Assembly: GCA_002633005.1 (NCBI GenBank) | Contig: NMRA01000347.1 | Location: 62,001-126,000 of the forward strand | Direction of reading: 5' to 3' | DNA: 64,000 nucleotides | DNA from: Phoronis australis | Lineage: Eukaryota; Animalia; Phoronida | In this document: piece after piece, positions 12,438-26,783 of the stretch | Layout: every line of letters starts with the position of its first letter | Numbering within the stretch: position 1 is the first letter of the stretch | Translations under genes and position numbers: made by a program | Notes under the pieces: model-generated | Told to the model about the DNA's origin: nothing | Seen by the model: only the letters and a program-made list of their open reading frames with translations | Database searches by the model: none

Positions 12438-13031
12438 GGTTCTTGGTGTAACATAATTAACTTGAAAACTGCTCAAAAGAAAGACTGGCTCTTCAACAAC
12501 TATTGGCTGGTTATGTCGCATTTTGCTTGATGAGCAAATGTTAGCAAATCACAAACACATGCCGAGGAAAATTATGAGAAGCAAACTATTGATTGAGATT
12601 TGAAGTGGACCAGATGTAACTTATGACAGGTTTGAATTAAGGTAAAAATCATTGATCAAAAATTTTATGTGCACACATATACATAATTAGGGTGCATTAA
12701 TTAGAAAGGTGTGATATTTCAAAAAGATATGACTTCACATACTGTGAACAACTATGCTATCGCTCAATCAACATGGTGAAACATGGTATCACAAACAAAG
12801 TTTAGACTGTGATTAATTAGCCCTTTGTCCTTAGGGTCATCAAACTCATAAGTGGGATGATGTCAGAGGGCCCTACTTGTCATTTCACTTAATTCTCAAT
12901 GAATAACCTTGCTTGTTCAGTGCACTGGTTTTGAAAATTCAAAGATGGTTAGTTATTTCTTAAATTTGAAGGCAGTCGCGATGGTCTGTTGCTTTCATTG
13001 CTTAAAACTTGTAAGTTTGGCAGACACATAC

Positions 13032-13151
13032 TAGTGGCGGATTTAGACAAGGCCATACCACCCNNNNNNNNNNNNNNNNNNNNNNNNNNNNNNNNNNNNN
13101 NNNNNNNNNNNNNCCCCCCCCCCCCAATTCAAAATCCTGGATCTGCCCCTG
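13032..13151. mobile_element. MITE with GGCGGATC-type termini and 5-bp TSD; spans a 50-N gap (13064-13113)
   Basis: TAGTGGCGGATTTAG...CCTGGATCTGCCCCTG flanked by CATAC on both sides. Confidence 0.7.
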
Positions 13152-14283
13152 CATACAGTTATATAGCTTAATGAAAAGTCATTGTTGGTTGCCTGGTGCC
13201 ACTATTTCTTTGGTACAGCAGATGAACTACACAGGGCTGTCTTACACCATGTCATCATCATGGTTACAAATGTTCATGTCAAACGGTACAGCATGCTTTG
13301 CATGGTATGAACCCTCCTGAAATTGGAGATTACGTTTCTCAATTGTGAAAATTATGTATTTTTCATGGCTGTTTTAGTAGTCTGACAGGCCGGGCAGTGC
13401 TGAGTGTTGGAAATGTTTTAATTTTGTGATGGTTTCAAGAATCTAAATCTTGCTTTCAATGCTTATATTAAGCTGTGGTAGGAATGGAACTCATGAGTGT
13501 TATTTTTGGGGGATGAATTGGTCATGATTTTTGACTTGCCATTGTTGCACTGGATACTTTTAACGGTTCTTGTTTTTAAAACCTGTTATTACAAAAGAGT
13601 TCCTGAATTTTAATATTTTCAATTGAGCATAGCCAACCTGCTCTTACTGTGACCAGCACTTATCATAGTGGAACATTTTTATACCTTGTAGTGGAATTTG
13701 TTTTGACTTATGGACTTTTCCTGTCAGATTCCATGGAGAGTCTGACTTTCTAAGAAGACTTGCAGACTGAAATGTTAATCTGGTCACTTTGGCTATTTTG
13801 ATATGATTTTGTATTTTTTCAATGATAAAAACTTTGATTTTTGTGTTACTTCCTTGCCATTTACTATAAGTGATTGAAATTTATGGTCTGTGGAAATGTT
13901 TGTTATTACTTATTGTCTAATTGTGATATTTACGGTGACGTAGTTACATTTTGAAATGTTGATTGAAGTGTATTTTTGTTGTGAAACAATTGATTAAATT
14001 GAATTTTCTGAACACAAAGTTTCCGTTTTCACTTTTCATTGCTCCTCTCCACAGACATGGACTTTGCCTGCATACCTACAGGTATATTGAGGAGCTTAGT
14101 GGGAACCAGGCTTCACGAATTCATGAAGATATATATTTGGATGATATGTTTCTTGAGACTGAATTGAAAATAAGCTAAAGATAGTTTTGGATCATTTCAC
14201 TGGCGTTTCCGAATCATACTGACCGCATGGTAATGCAGAAGTAAGGAATTTAGCTGCGTCATAAGTACACACCGGCCTGATTT

Positions 14284-14700
14284 TGTGTCAGACCCTCAGT
14301 GGCATAAGGCACAGCAGAGTTTTGGTCATTTTGTTTTTTTTTTTTTGCTGTGAACTGCGATACGCTTTGGCGGATATTTGCTCTTTCGCGTCACTTACTG
14401 GCATGTGGCGTTGTTACGAGCGCGCCGTCCTTCCTCCATCTCCCTATAAGGTCAACCATAACCCATGCCTCTTTTTAAGCGGACGCTACCCTTAAGTGTT
14501 GCCAGGAGCTGCGTCCTTCCACCCCTTGCTGCGGATTGGCGCATTAAAAGTGTTTACTGAGTTTGTATTGCTTTGTGTATAAAACTCAACCTGTGTCTGA
14601 GCGTCCTCTGGTACTCTGTGCGTTGATCCCTCACTGAGGCGAGATATTCAGTTAGTGCACGGGAACTCAGTTTCCGGTAAGTAGGGAACGGTAACCCACA
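14284..14700 (+). mobile_element. Possible solo LTR
   Basis: GC-richer ~417-bp block starting TG and ending CA, with TATA-like CCCTATAAG followed by ATTAAA and a U5-like CCTGTGTCTGAGCGTCC. No TSD found. Confidence 0.4.
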
Positions 14701-14960
14701 AAAGAATGCGGGTGGCGAAAACTGCTCCCTCGCCTTTTCTATGAATCACGGAAAACCCGTACATGTTCTTCTAAGTGCATGATCGTGTGTTTTCCTTCGG
14801 CAAACATGACTAGAGGAAACTATGTACATGTAAATTGGTTTTATTAAAAAAATTCTATACTTCATGAACAATCGTGTAAAAGAGCGTCCATCAGATTTTT
14901 TTGCGACGGTAGTTGTCCTCAACTGGAAACCTTGCTTCTGGTCTAGTCTGTTTCGCAAAT

Positions 14961-17842
14961 TTATTTCAAGCACGTCCAGAGAATTTGCGCCACCATTGAC
15001 AAGCAGGTGAGACTTCCAAGTAGAAAACTCAGTCCGCGTGGTTTATGCACGCGCAGGATGACGTAGGCGATAGTGTGAATGAATCTTGCAGCCGTGTACA
15101 ACCGGAAGTGCCAAAAGGCGACGTCCCGCGCAGGGTTTGTGAGGCAGTACATGAAGGCAAGTAGAATGAACACTGGAATGCTTTCGAGGTCATTTTGGTG
15201 TGCCCTGTAAAATAAAAATAAAACTCCATAGAATCGAAACGGATAAGGCAAAGCACTCCATGAACTTGTGTGACAAAAATATCGAAAAGAGTTCGTGACA
15301 GTATATTTGGTTACACTGTTCTTGGTTGAACGGTAAATTCAGTATAGTTGGCTAACAAGACAGCAACACCAGTCAGGTTGATAGGTGAGTGGGTTTTGAG
15401 CGCAAAACAACAACAGTATTGCAGGGTATCTCATCCAAACCATAAAATGAATGAAGACAGCTGTCCGCCATGTAGGGTTTCTCTACATGTTCGATTAGAC
15501 ACTGGTCAGTGACATAGTAAACAAATCACAAGGATGTCCGGAATGGTTATATAACGCAGTTGCTTTGCTGGGACAGTTACGTCATGATCATAGGGAATTA
15601 TTAAACTTGCACTTAATTAACTCCATGACAAGAACTTATTTGATACATATCCGGTGTTCAACGTGTCAACAGAAATGAGATGATATATGTAGTAAGGTAT
15701 CACAAGTCGTAACCAACGTACCAGTTTGTACTGGCAAAGAAACATATGAATGTGATTTTTTACCGTCTGACTCTTTCGACATCCGGGTCATCCAATACCA
15801 CGGACGCGTCTTTTTTGTCTGGAATTTTCGCAGCAACATCCTCTGGGTTAGAATAGGCCTGTCGAATAAAAATGGTTATTTAGGCGTGGCAGGAAGTAAA
15901 CATGTACACAATGTTTTAAGAACAGGGATTGGAGAATTTTAGAATGCCTTACGGCGACTAATTATAAACTGCAGCTCTACAAAATAATTTATTTCGGGGT
16001 TTTAGAGCAGCAAAAACAATTTCCATTTGTCGAAGGGGAAGATATGTCCCTACAAATTATGAAAGGCAGACTTTCAGAGATCTGTATGTCACTATAGCTT
16101 CATTTTTCTCACAATTACGACATTTTTAGCTCATATAAAGCGGCTCGGCGGTGGATTTAGTGAACACAAAACACCAGAGCTAAATTACCCTTAAAAACGC
16201 TAATTTCAAGTAACGCCCAAAGATAAATATATTGTACGCCGCCTCTCTTTCAAATCTGGTAATCACTGGGTCATGCAGTTCTGTTAGCGAATTCTCAGAG
16301 ATATTGGTTGAAAGGCTTAGATTACTTAGAGCATGGCCAATGCAGGAACTTTTAAGACCAGTACTGAGCTTGCTTCAAGCTTTTACACCATTCATAAAGC
16401 AATTCTGTTCTCCTCTTGCGATTCAAAACTTTACTCGTATGAATGCATAACATTGTTGTTCAATAGTTCGTTGGGGCAAATGGTTCCCGCATAGGTTTTC
16501 AGTCCGTGTTTAGCAGAATGACTTCGCCCGTACGTTTCATGGTTCATGTTAGTGGGACTGGCATTAAGAAACCGGGCCGTTCGTTGCTATCTTGTATTTG
16601 TGGACTCTTCGACATCAACCGCGAAGACCGGAGTCGCCGTCCGCTCTTGATGCCACGAGTTTGTGTAAGCTCCTGTCCTTATGTCTACGGTACAAGATTC
16701 TTATAAACGTAGCATTATCGATTTCTTTCAGGAAATAAAATACTGGCTAAAATAAATTCTAATGTCAGGGACAGAAACTGGTAATATTTTAACGCCTGCT
16801 TGGCTTCTCAAATTGAATTTCTCGTGAAAATTTAATGTAGAACCTGGCTTTCTTTCGCGTAAGAAATGACTGGGATAAAAATTGGCCAATACACTGCGAT
16901 GGGGTTTCATTTGTTGAAATCAGTCTTCAATCTATTGCGTGCTTACATTGTAGTCATTGAGTGAGTTGTTTCGTATAAATGGGAACTGTTTTGGCCAGCT
17001 TCAAAACATCATTTCTCAGAAATGGCTGATCACATTCACATCAGTGGCACAATGCTTATGCACTAGTGTTCCCCGGCCAAAACTCTACTAGGAATTGTTT
17101 TCTAAATATTCCACTTTTGCCTTGAGCGGCTATCAAAACTATAGGACTTGTATGATTTTGGGGAAAATAAAATAAGGTGTATAAAACGAAAACTAATTGA
17201 TAATTTAGCAAACTGTAGCAGAGAGCGTTTTTGAGTCGCGGTCTGGGTCATGTACTGTAGGTTTTGCTCAATCATTTCCCCCCCAAGGTCACAATGACAT
17301 GACCAACGCAGTGGCAGATTGGTGTAAAGTCACATGTCAAATTCTGCAGAATTTTATTCCATTGTCATTGTTTCAGGAAATATTTACTTTCGCTGCGTGG
17401 AATTTTATAGTTTTGTAGATACTGGGCTGTGTTGCCTAAATGACACTAATAGGGCGAAAAGTGATGTGCGTTTTATGCGGGCTGTGGTTGGTGACTACGA
17501 TTGCATACGTAGCTTAGACCGAAAGCCTTGGCATGGTGCACATACACCATCTCGCCGTTCTCAGCAACAGAATCCATGATAGTATCAATGATGAAACGTC
17601 GAACCCAATACTGAATCGTGACCGAGTATTGGTTCTGCATTATCGGACACGGCGGTGTAGCTCGCATTGTTGAGTAACTGCTAAATATTTAGGTCCTAAC
17701 ATACATGTAACTAAGAACACGTTCTTACCTTTTTCTTAGCTCTAAAGAATGCCGTTAACGGAGCCATTAGAATCATTTTGAGGAGTAAGATCGTGGAGTA
17801 AAACACCAGCGATTGCAGCACGTCGTTTTGAAGAGGCATCAT
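14961..17842 (-). CDS. MGST1: Microsomal glutathione S-transferase 1-like (MAPEG family), 150 aa
   Basis: Exons 17842-17729, 15858-15764 and 15204-14961 total 453 nt in frame. Protein MMPLQNDVLQSLVFYSTILLLKMILMAPLTAFFRAKKKAYSNPED...DPDVERVRRAHQNDLESIP...WHFRLYTAARFIHTIAY carries the MGST1 NPED, DVERVRRAHxNDLE and ARxxHTxAY motifs. AATAAA on the - strand at ~14840-14845. Confidence 0.95.
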
Positions 17843-18822
17843 TTTCCTCAAGCTCGATGAGATGGCGACAAAATATCGAAGTTTAGTATCAAACTTGAAG
17901 GCTTTACCAAGGACTGGCTGGGACTGTTCGCCGCCAGGGTTCAACTGAACTCTTGGCTGTAATGTGACCGCGACTAGGATAATTTCTAAACGGAAAAAGC
18001 GGCAATAGTTCACGATTCAGTCTCTTTCCTTTTCCGGGAATTCACAGATTAGCTTACACGCATTACCAGTTTTATAGGGATCGGCCGTCACGGTTATTTC
18101 CTTGTTACCGGGTAGTCAAATAAATGACCTAGTTTGATAATGACCGATCGAACCTGACGCGGAACATACAATGGGTTCAGTGTATATTTGTTTCATGTCG
18201 ATCCGGTCAGATATTGAAAGGGCACAGCCTAAATTGCCGGACGTTTAGTGTAACTTTTTCACAGCGCGCAAAACATGCGACGTCTACCATAGAGAATAAA
18301 CAGCTACAAAATCAGCAAATTCGCGAATCATTTTATCAGTCAAGTGAAAACAGGTATACATGCACACGTAGCTACTCGATATGGCCCTCAAAAGCCCGGT
18401 TTGGATAATATCATAGAACTCGTGCTTACCGGTGGGAAAACCGTTTTCCAATGTAGCTCAACAAAATATCACCCTCAAGTGAAGATGCTCGTAACAGAGT
18501 AAAATGGGAGTTAAGTCTGCCTGATGGAAAATTAAACGTACGTCGTCTTCACGTCAGGATCAATCTGGACGTCTCTTTTGGTACGCTTTATGTATCCCGT
18601 TATCATTTATATTGTTTTTTCTTCTTTGCTATTTCTGATGAGCAATGAATTAACTATATGTTGGAAAACAGCGTGCTTAAATGTTTTTAATTTTGTTCTA
18701 CATTTTAAACTGCCATGGTTCAAGATATCGACTAGTTCACACGTTAACAGCCTTTAATATTACATGTACGCACAAATTCATATCTTTATAAAATAAGCGT
18801 CTTGTTTCTGCTTAAACATTTG

Positions 18823-19996
18823 CAGCCGATTTCATAAAGGTGGTTTAAAGTTAAACCAGGTTTAAACTGGACTTAGACCAGGTTTAATGATAATCTGCAT
18901 TTCATAAAGGTGGTTTAACTTTTAGACCAGTGGTCTTGTAAAACCTGGTTTAACTCCAGTTTAGACCTGGTCTAAGTCAGTTTTCATTTCACCAACGAGG
19001 TCTATATTCTTTAGACCTGTATTAAGATCTTAAACCATGTTTAACTTTAGACTTGGTCAGACCCAGGTTTAACTGTTAAATATGTCAGACTTGCATGGTA
19101 TAGGTACAACTGAACGATGCCGCGGTGTGCAATTGCGACGCAGTTTTAGAGCGAAAATGGACTATTTTCATTATTCAGGTTTACTACGACACGAGATCAA
19201 ACGTAGCAGAGGCGGATCCAGGATTTTTAAAGGAGAGGGGACGGTCAAGGACTTTTTGAAAGGGGGGACCAAGTCAACAATTTGAAAATTATAGATTTGA
19301 TATCATTAAAAGCAAGGGAAAAAGGGGGCTCCGGATCCCTTGACCCCCCTGGATCCTCCTATGCGTAGACCAGTACGTGCTGGAGTGTGTCCTGCGGATT
19401 CCTCAGAATACGACTGGTCGAGCAGGTCTCATCGTCGCAAGCCCTACGGATTTGACTTAAGACAGCATCCTCTGATTCTTCTGACTGAGTTCCACCTCCA
19501 CTGTTCTCCGATTCAATGTTGCCGGGAAGGGGTCTTGCCCCCCCCCCTTTGGCCGCGAAAAATAAATACTAAAATGACACGGAAATAAATTTGGGCATTT
19601 ATCATGTTACATCTAATCGTGAGCATGTTCTTTAATGTGTGTGTGTTGGGCACACAAATTACATTTTTCCTCATGAGAAAAGCTTTTAGACCTTTGTCGT
19701 AAATGTCTGCATTGATTCTACTGGTGTATGCCATTCTATACCCACGTGATCAAGGTTTCATTGAAGCACTTCAATAGTTTCTTTGTTGGGTTTACCCAGC
19801 TCGACACAGTTGGGTGCCTTTGATACTTTAAACCTGGTTCTACTGAACCAGCTCCCTGGTCTAGCAAAACCAGGCTTTCAGACTCTTAAACCATGTTGGT
19901 GAAATGCAAGTTAGGTCTAAAATTAGACCAGGTTTAGGAAGACCAGGTTTAAGTCTTAAACCTGGTTTTGTTAAACCACCTTTATGAAATCGGCTG
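18823..19996. mobile_element. Non-autonomous PIF/Harbinger-like DNA transposon
   Basis: Perfect 26-bp TIR CAGCCGATTTCATAAAGGTGGTTTAA, 3-bp TSD TTG/TTG, and subterminal arrays of AAACCAGGTTT/AGACCAGG motifs. Confidence 0.88.
19207..19363. mobile_element. MITE with 5-bp TSD nested in the Harbinger-like element
   Basis: CAGAGGCGGATCCAGG...CCTGGATCCTCCTATG flanked by CGTAG/CGTAG; homologous to 54110-54261. Confidence 0.85.
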
Positions 19997-22900
19997 TTGG
20001 TGGTCAAGTCTCAGAAACTTTGATGCACTTACTTGTACATCGTAACTACACTATATAACCTTTGGAAGATATTTGGTAATTTTACTTCAGTGATAGCGAT
20101 GAAACAATAATGAACGCTAATGTTTTTTTCTTTGTAATCAACAACACCTACACATCTACATAAATTAAGTTTCATTCCAACGAAATATTGCATATACTAT
20201 CAACAACTGGAGGGCTTTACCATCTATTAATGCTTTTGTGTGTATTTTATTAAAACAGCATTATTCCAAAGAGATTTTTTTTTTTCGAAAGGAGTGGACA
20301 ATTTGATAGATTTAGAAATAGATGATTGAAAATAAGCGACCATTGAGTGAGTGCGTGTGTGTATGTGTTCAGTGTAATTTACATTGTAATATTATTATTT
20401 GATAATAAATGTATATATGAAATATTCAGCCGTTATTGCATTTCAGGGTAAATTCACCATAATTATCAATTAAAGCTGCATTTATCACCAGAGACGAGAT
20501 CGCCCATCAGGTGGCATAGAACGTGAAATAGAGACAAAATTGCATTGCTCAAACATGGGCGGCGCAGCACTGCAAGAAGTAGGGGCTGCAGCGCCCCAGC
20601 CCCCTGTGGTGACATTTTGTCACTGTTTATATGGCATTTATACGATTTGTTCTTAAACGTTTTGAATTGATGTTGGTGTCAAGAAATTTTCCCTTTAGTT
20701 TCAAATTAATTATAAAAAAGATCTGTCAACTGCTCGTCTCTATATTCAAAGTGAATGTTACAACTCTCACGTTAGCATCACCAAGAAGTAGATGATTTCA
20801 CCATCGTCTGTTTAAAATATATTTTTACGCGTTCCACGGCTCTTTAAAACGTGGTTAGGTCCGTAGATGGAATGTTTTTTGGACTTAGTGTCCGTCAGAG
20901 CGCGCCACAATGGCACACCACAACAGAAGTACTGAACAAACTAACGGTTAAGGTGATTGACCTGCTGTATACAGCATTTTCGAATATGCATATTGATCGA
21001 ATTTAATCGCATGCCGATAACGTTTTTATTATTTCGCTCAAGTTGAACGCGGCACTCAGAGTACAGGCGCACCCAACCGGAAGATATTTCTCGAGTACTT
21101 GTCATAAACTTAAGCTGTTAAACCTGCTGTCTATTTGAACTGTTAAAAATGTTTTACAATGGTTAGTGAATAGGTATAAAAAATCTTGCCGTTTTGTGAC
21201 GAAAAAGTCAACCTGCACACTTGAACCTTAAATTGGTCCACCGTTACTTATTTTTAAGCTAATTAACGTTGGACCAATTTAAAAATACTTTCATTCCGTA
21301 GGAAGTCCAAATTTGGCTAACTTCGGAACATCCCCTCAGAAATGGGTGATCGCATTCATCTGATAGTTTTAGATACCACGCAACAAGCTGCTGTTATTGA
21401 AAACGCTTTCGGAAATGCTTTTTCAAATAATCCATTTTTTTACGGATGTGGTTACGAAAGAAAGGTTTTCTTTATTTTTTATTGAAATAAAAAATTGTAA
21501 ACAACGAAAAAGAAATGATAATTTTCAAAAGTGTAACGGCGCTTTCAAGATTTGAATTATATTACCATTGACGATTGTTCGCCTGGTCTAAAACTTTTCA
21601 GACCCTTATCATAAACAATATCTACCTACAATAAGCACCAGGCTAATTGCCGACAGACACACCAGGCCCTTACTCTAAAACCACACATGAATGGATGGAA
21701 CTACTTTTGACCAAATGCATCAGTTTAATAAACAATTTGGGGGATAAAAACCAAGCTTTCTGTGGTAAATGAACCAGTGAGACTTTGAAAATACGAAATA
21801 ACACTTTTAACATATACTCAGAATCGCATTATTATTTAAACAAATGTTAAACAAATCATTGCACAACGTCAGTGGAAAAATTTCAAAACCTACAAATTAA
21901 ATTAGGACCCGGGAAAATCCAAGAAATGGCAGTGAAATCAAATACCGCTTGTAGTTCTAACGACTAAGCTTGTATAAAATAAACAATCTCCGTTTCTTCA
22001 TAACTTTTTATACTAGAAATAGAGGCGTGCAACTAATGAGGCACAATTTGAACCAAAGTTTCAGGAACTGAATTGTAAAAGTTTATCATTCATCAGAGGT
22101 AATTGCAAACAATGATAAAAATAACATGGATCCAGAATAACGGTAGTTGTATTTCACTTGTTTAATTGGAAGTATCGTGGTGTAGAACAGAACATGACAA
22201 ATTGATGTACACACACTGTTGGATTCACATATATTTTAGCACAGTCAATGGATGTTCAGTAGACACAATTTTCAACTGATTGGCCAAATGAATACCGGAA
22301 TTATTTTTGATTTTTCACTTACTTTCTTAAATAAGCACATTCCTTCACTGGATGTTGCTGCTGTTATAACAATATTTCCAATCACACACAGTTAACAACG
22401 CTAATTTTCCTTTTTAAGATGTAAATGCTTAAACATTATACAACAAATAGTCTAGCTCAATGAAATTCTGTTCGCTTTCGTGAGGTGAATGCACTAAGCT
22501 GTCAATTTCTGCTCAAATTTGATTACACTCTGACTTAAGCAAGAAACTAACCAAGTACAATATTATTTTTATCCATACTCCCTGTAAAACAATACAGTAA
22601 ATGTCAGGTAAACTGATGAATTGAGTAAATGTCCTTAATGTTTTGTGAGAGTTTGCCACCATTTCCTGTCATCATAGCGTGGACCTCATTTTGCGTTACT
22701 TTTTGCCACCATTTGATCCTCTTCCCTGTGTGTGATAAGATCTTGAAAAAGTATTAAGTTTCACGTACCGGTAGGCAAACTGTTGTTTACAGCTATATTT
22801 ACTTTTTGTTGTCTTCAATCCATTATTTACAGAAAATAAATCAAATACACTGGGTGATTTAGAACAGGCACTAACAAAACACAAATGAATTACCAATAAG

Positions 22901-25900
22901 TGATTGCAAACTCAGTTAATGTTAAGTAAGCTTAATTGAAGAGCATTTATTTATAGGTACCCTGAGTACATGCATAGCTATTTTCTCTTCTCTTAATGAC
23001 ATAACTTTAATGTGTTGGGGGGGTATTTTGGTGCTGTCTTGGGACTGAAGTTCCCTAATCTATTTCTCCTGGTTTTATCTCCACTGTCCCATATGAATCA
23101 TACTCAGTCCCTGGCTGAAGTAGTTGTAGGTCACAACCCACACTATCGCAACAAATAGACAAAAAAGAGACATGCAGGGTACAGACTGTTGTAAATGGGA
23201 TTCTACGAACTGAAGCAATACATAATTACGGCCATTGACCTGTTCACTTCAATGTTGTTAACCAAGCATATGTGGAACGTTTGACTGAACATGTATAGCC
23301 AAAACATAGTTTGGGATCGAACACAATGATGGTTCCAAGAAAACGCCCTAAATTGTGAAATGGATTTAGAGGTTGCATTCTACCATGACAAAATAATACT
23401 TTATAAAATTGTGACATTTCTAAGCCGTAAGGTCACCTTGGTTAGCTTCAGTCTCATTTTGGGATGCATATAAAGTGTACAATAAGCTTGTTCAGTGTTT
23501 CTTATAATATACTTGTGCGAAAATGGAGAATTAGTTTACTTTGGTTAAATTCAATGTAGTGACCGTTTTCAAATGAAAAACTATAAATAATGAATAAAAA
23601 AGATTGCTTATTTAGGTTAATAATGTCTAAGATTATCTTGACAACTGTTGCCAACTTTATTAAAGACTGACATTATTTTGTGTCTTGTTCTACTCACAGG
23701 TGTTCATTTAAATGGATGACACCAGTGACGTCTGCATAACCAACTTACACAGGCACATATAATTGCGCAACTGAAATAGTTCTCAATATATGATATAGCA
23801 GTAAAGCTATTATATTCACTATTACGAAAATATCATGACGTTCTGGAAAGTGCATGGATGAAACTGAAAGCTTGTATTAAATCACCAAAACCTGTACAGA
23901 AAATCACTACAAGTTTTGTATTCATACACCACCTTCACATCAACTTATTATTTTGTAAAATCATAAATATTTGATGTAGAAGAAATCGATGTCATCTCAT
24001 ACACTGTTTTTGTGTTGTTTTTGTATATTTTAACGCCAAGTCTTTAAGTATTTTATAAAAATTCATTGATAGCGAGTGTACAGAATACTAGGCTGGGTCA
24101 GTTCCCAATGTTTACTATGATTACCTACCAGTTGTGATAATGAGGGTGTCGGTAAGTTGACACGTTCTAAGTTATAAACACAACAGCTGTCCGAGATCTG
24201 TACTGCTGTAGCTAGAGATCAGGGGAATTATTCATATGTTAACACCCATAGTCCACAGTACAGGAATAGCGTTCAAGTGATTTTCAAAACTTGAACATCC
24301 AAAATTTCTCTACACTGACAGCCTCCTTCTTATTTTCAAATTTACAATCTACATTGTATCATGAAACGAATGAAATTTATCAAGGTTGGATATCACCAAA
24401 GCGCATACGCTACGTACATCTTCCTGAAATCATGGAAAAGGCCTACATCAGTTACAGATGAGAACAAAATGCAATTTCTTCATCAAACTTTTTCCCGTAT
24501 AGAAATGACATGTTCTATCATCATGATCATTCATTATAAATGCCCAGCACTCTCAACTAGCAAATTGTGGTTTCCACCCGACAGCGAAACGTCGAGTTAT
24601 AGTTTGGACGAAAACACGTCGCACGCTAAATCTTATATACAGTTTTCTCAGTAAAATAGTTTAATTTTCCCTTTATTCTCATTACCAATTACCCACTCAT
24701 TCGTTGCAAAAACAGTATCAAAACGATTTCTTCATAATCCCTTGTCGAGTCATATACTTCGTGAAAAACTTTGTTAGATAATATGTTTCTCATTGACGAT
24801 TCCCAATTATAATTAAACTAAACTCCACCATTTATCTCATGGAGTCTACTGCCTTAGCAGTTGCGAATAGTGTTTGGCCACGCAGTGGTAGTCTCGGCAA
24901 TGAAACGTTTTCCACCGCGCTTCAGATAGACATAATCATACCATAGGCTGGCCGGGATAAGTCACTATGGAACTGTCCAGTTAACATAACTATATCATCA
25001 TAACTTATTCTTGCTTTGCTTTATCAATATGGAGGACACTAACACTCCTCAGAGCCCAATATCAAAATGAGCAATCCAAGCAACCATTTTTCACTATGCA
25101 ACGCACCTGCTAACAGCAAGACTTCTTAATTTCAACCTGTGTGCACTCTAAGGCAACAAATAAAGATATCGGGCTGTTGTGACTAGGATACCTGGTATGG
25201 GTAGAATAAGCCATTCTGCGGATGCAATACATAGCACGTCACCCAACGTAATTCCTTGTCCTGCTTTCCTTGAAAGACAACCGAGTCCCCATGAGAGAGA
25301 CTTCTTAGCAAAGCTCCCATAAAACTATGGAGATGTGAAGCAGTTTTTCAGGGAGCCGATACCATGTTCCTCCACCTCTCCGTTTGCTAAGTACACAAAA
25401 CCTGTCTCAAACAGCTGGCATCTGTGAAGAAGTTTTTCAGCGACAAACATTTCTGATGTTTTGATAAGCTACATTATTTGAGAAAGACAAGAGTTCAGTT
25501 TAAGAGGACTGTTGCAAGAGCCCAACAGTAAAAATGGGCCACAGGTAGTAGTTTGGATACCTTGTACTACAGATAAATTTTAGATGACACATTTGAATAA
25601 ATCCTGCACACTTAAAGGAAAATTCTTGCTCAACATCTGTTGTGGAAATAACTAATGAAGATCCAACAAGCTCGTAAGATTTGAAAACATTTATTAGAAA
25701 ATAAACAAGAAGTACAAAATAGTCAAAACCAGTGGAATTGTTTTAGCAACCACAAACATATAAATAACATTGCACAATGGCACAAAGAAGGTATTTAAAA
25801 TTCACACCCATCAGAGTCAACAGTCAATGTGAATACCACTAAATGAGAAAAAATATCAAAAGGGTTTATTACATGAATACATAAAAGATTGTGTGTTCTG

Positions 25901-26092
25901 ATAGTCATACTGAACGGACAATTATCCAATTTGTGCTTTATTGTCACTGAAAAATTTATCACTTGTTCATACAAAACATAAAAATCTTACTAAAAGACTA
26001 ATTGTATATATTTTAAAAGTGATTGAAGTCAAACATGATTGTATACAAATTAATAAATGACTGCTCACCTAAGTGTCATTCATTGTAAAATC

Positions 26093-26334
26093 CAGGGCTT
26101 GGAATGACCACGACAAAAAAGAAAAATTTCCAGATCACCTGTTGTTGGACAAATAAAGAGGCTTGTGTGATAGAAATGTTTTTTGTGTTGTGAAAGTTGA
26201 ACGAAATAAACATTTTTGAATGAATAAAGACAAAAATAATGATAAAAAAGAGACGAAAAAGTAAACTAGAAATCAAATTGAGGAAATCGAACCAAAGAGG
26301 AAATCCTCTTAGCAGAGGAAAATTCCGAGCCCTG
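26093..26334. mobile_element. hAT-like MITE (CAGGGCTTGGAAT family)
   Basis: TIR CAGGGCTTGGAAT...ATTCCGAGCCCTG; body similar to 37881-38118; TSD not recognisable. Confidence 0.8.
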
Positions 26335-26783
26335 AAAGTTATTACGTGTTGCAAATGAGCCCAGCTCCAAGTACAGCTGATCCACAATCTGACTGAATAC
26401 TAATGACAGGCTCCATTACTGCACATGCAGTACAAACCAAAAGTATTCAGATAAAATGACTTGGTATTCGCAGCCATGATGACCGCGTGGAAACCACATT
26501 CATGACTGCAGTAGTCTCCCCTGATGACTGAGAATGAAGGGGAACTAAAAGGTAATTACACAAGGTGGATAAGCTACTTTGTAATTAGAATTTTTCCACC
26601 CTCTTAGTTATTACTAGTAATATTCGGTATAATACAATTAGTAGACTGGATGGAAAATATAAATCGGTAAATAAAACAACAAGAATGGATCAACTGAAAT
26701 TTGAAATTTTCGGAGGTAACAACTTCCTTTATCAACAAAAACATAAATAAAGAAATAGACTGGATGGGAAATGTTATTTTATT

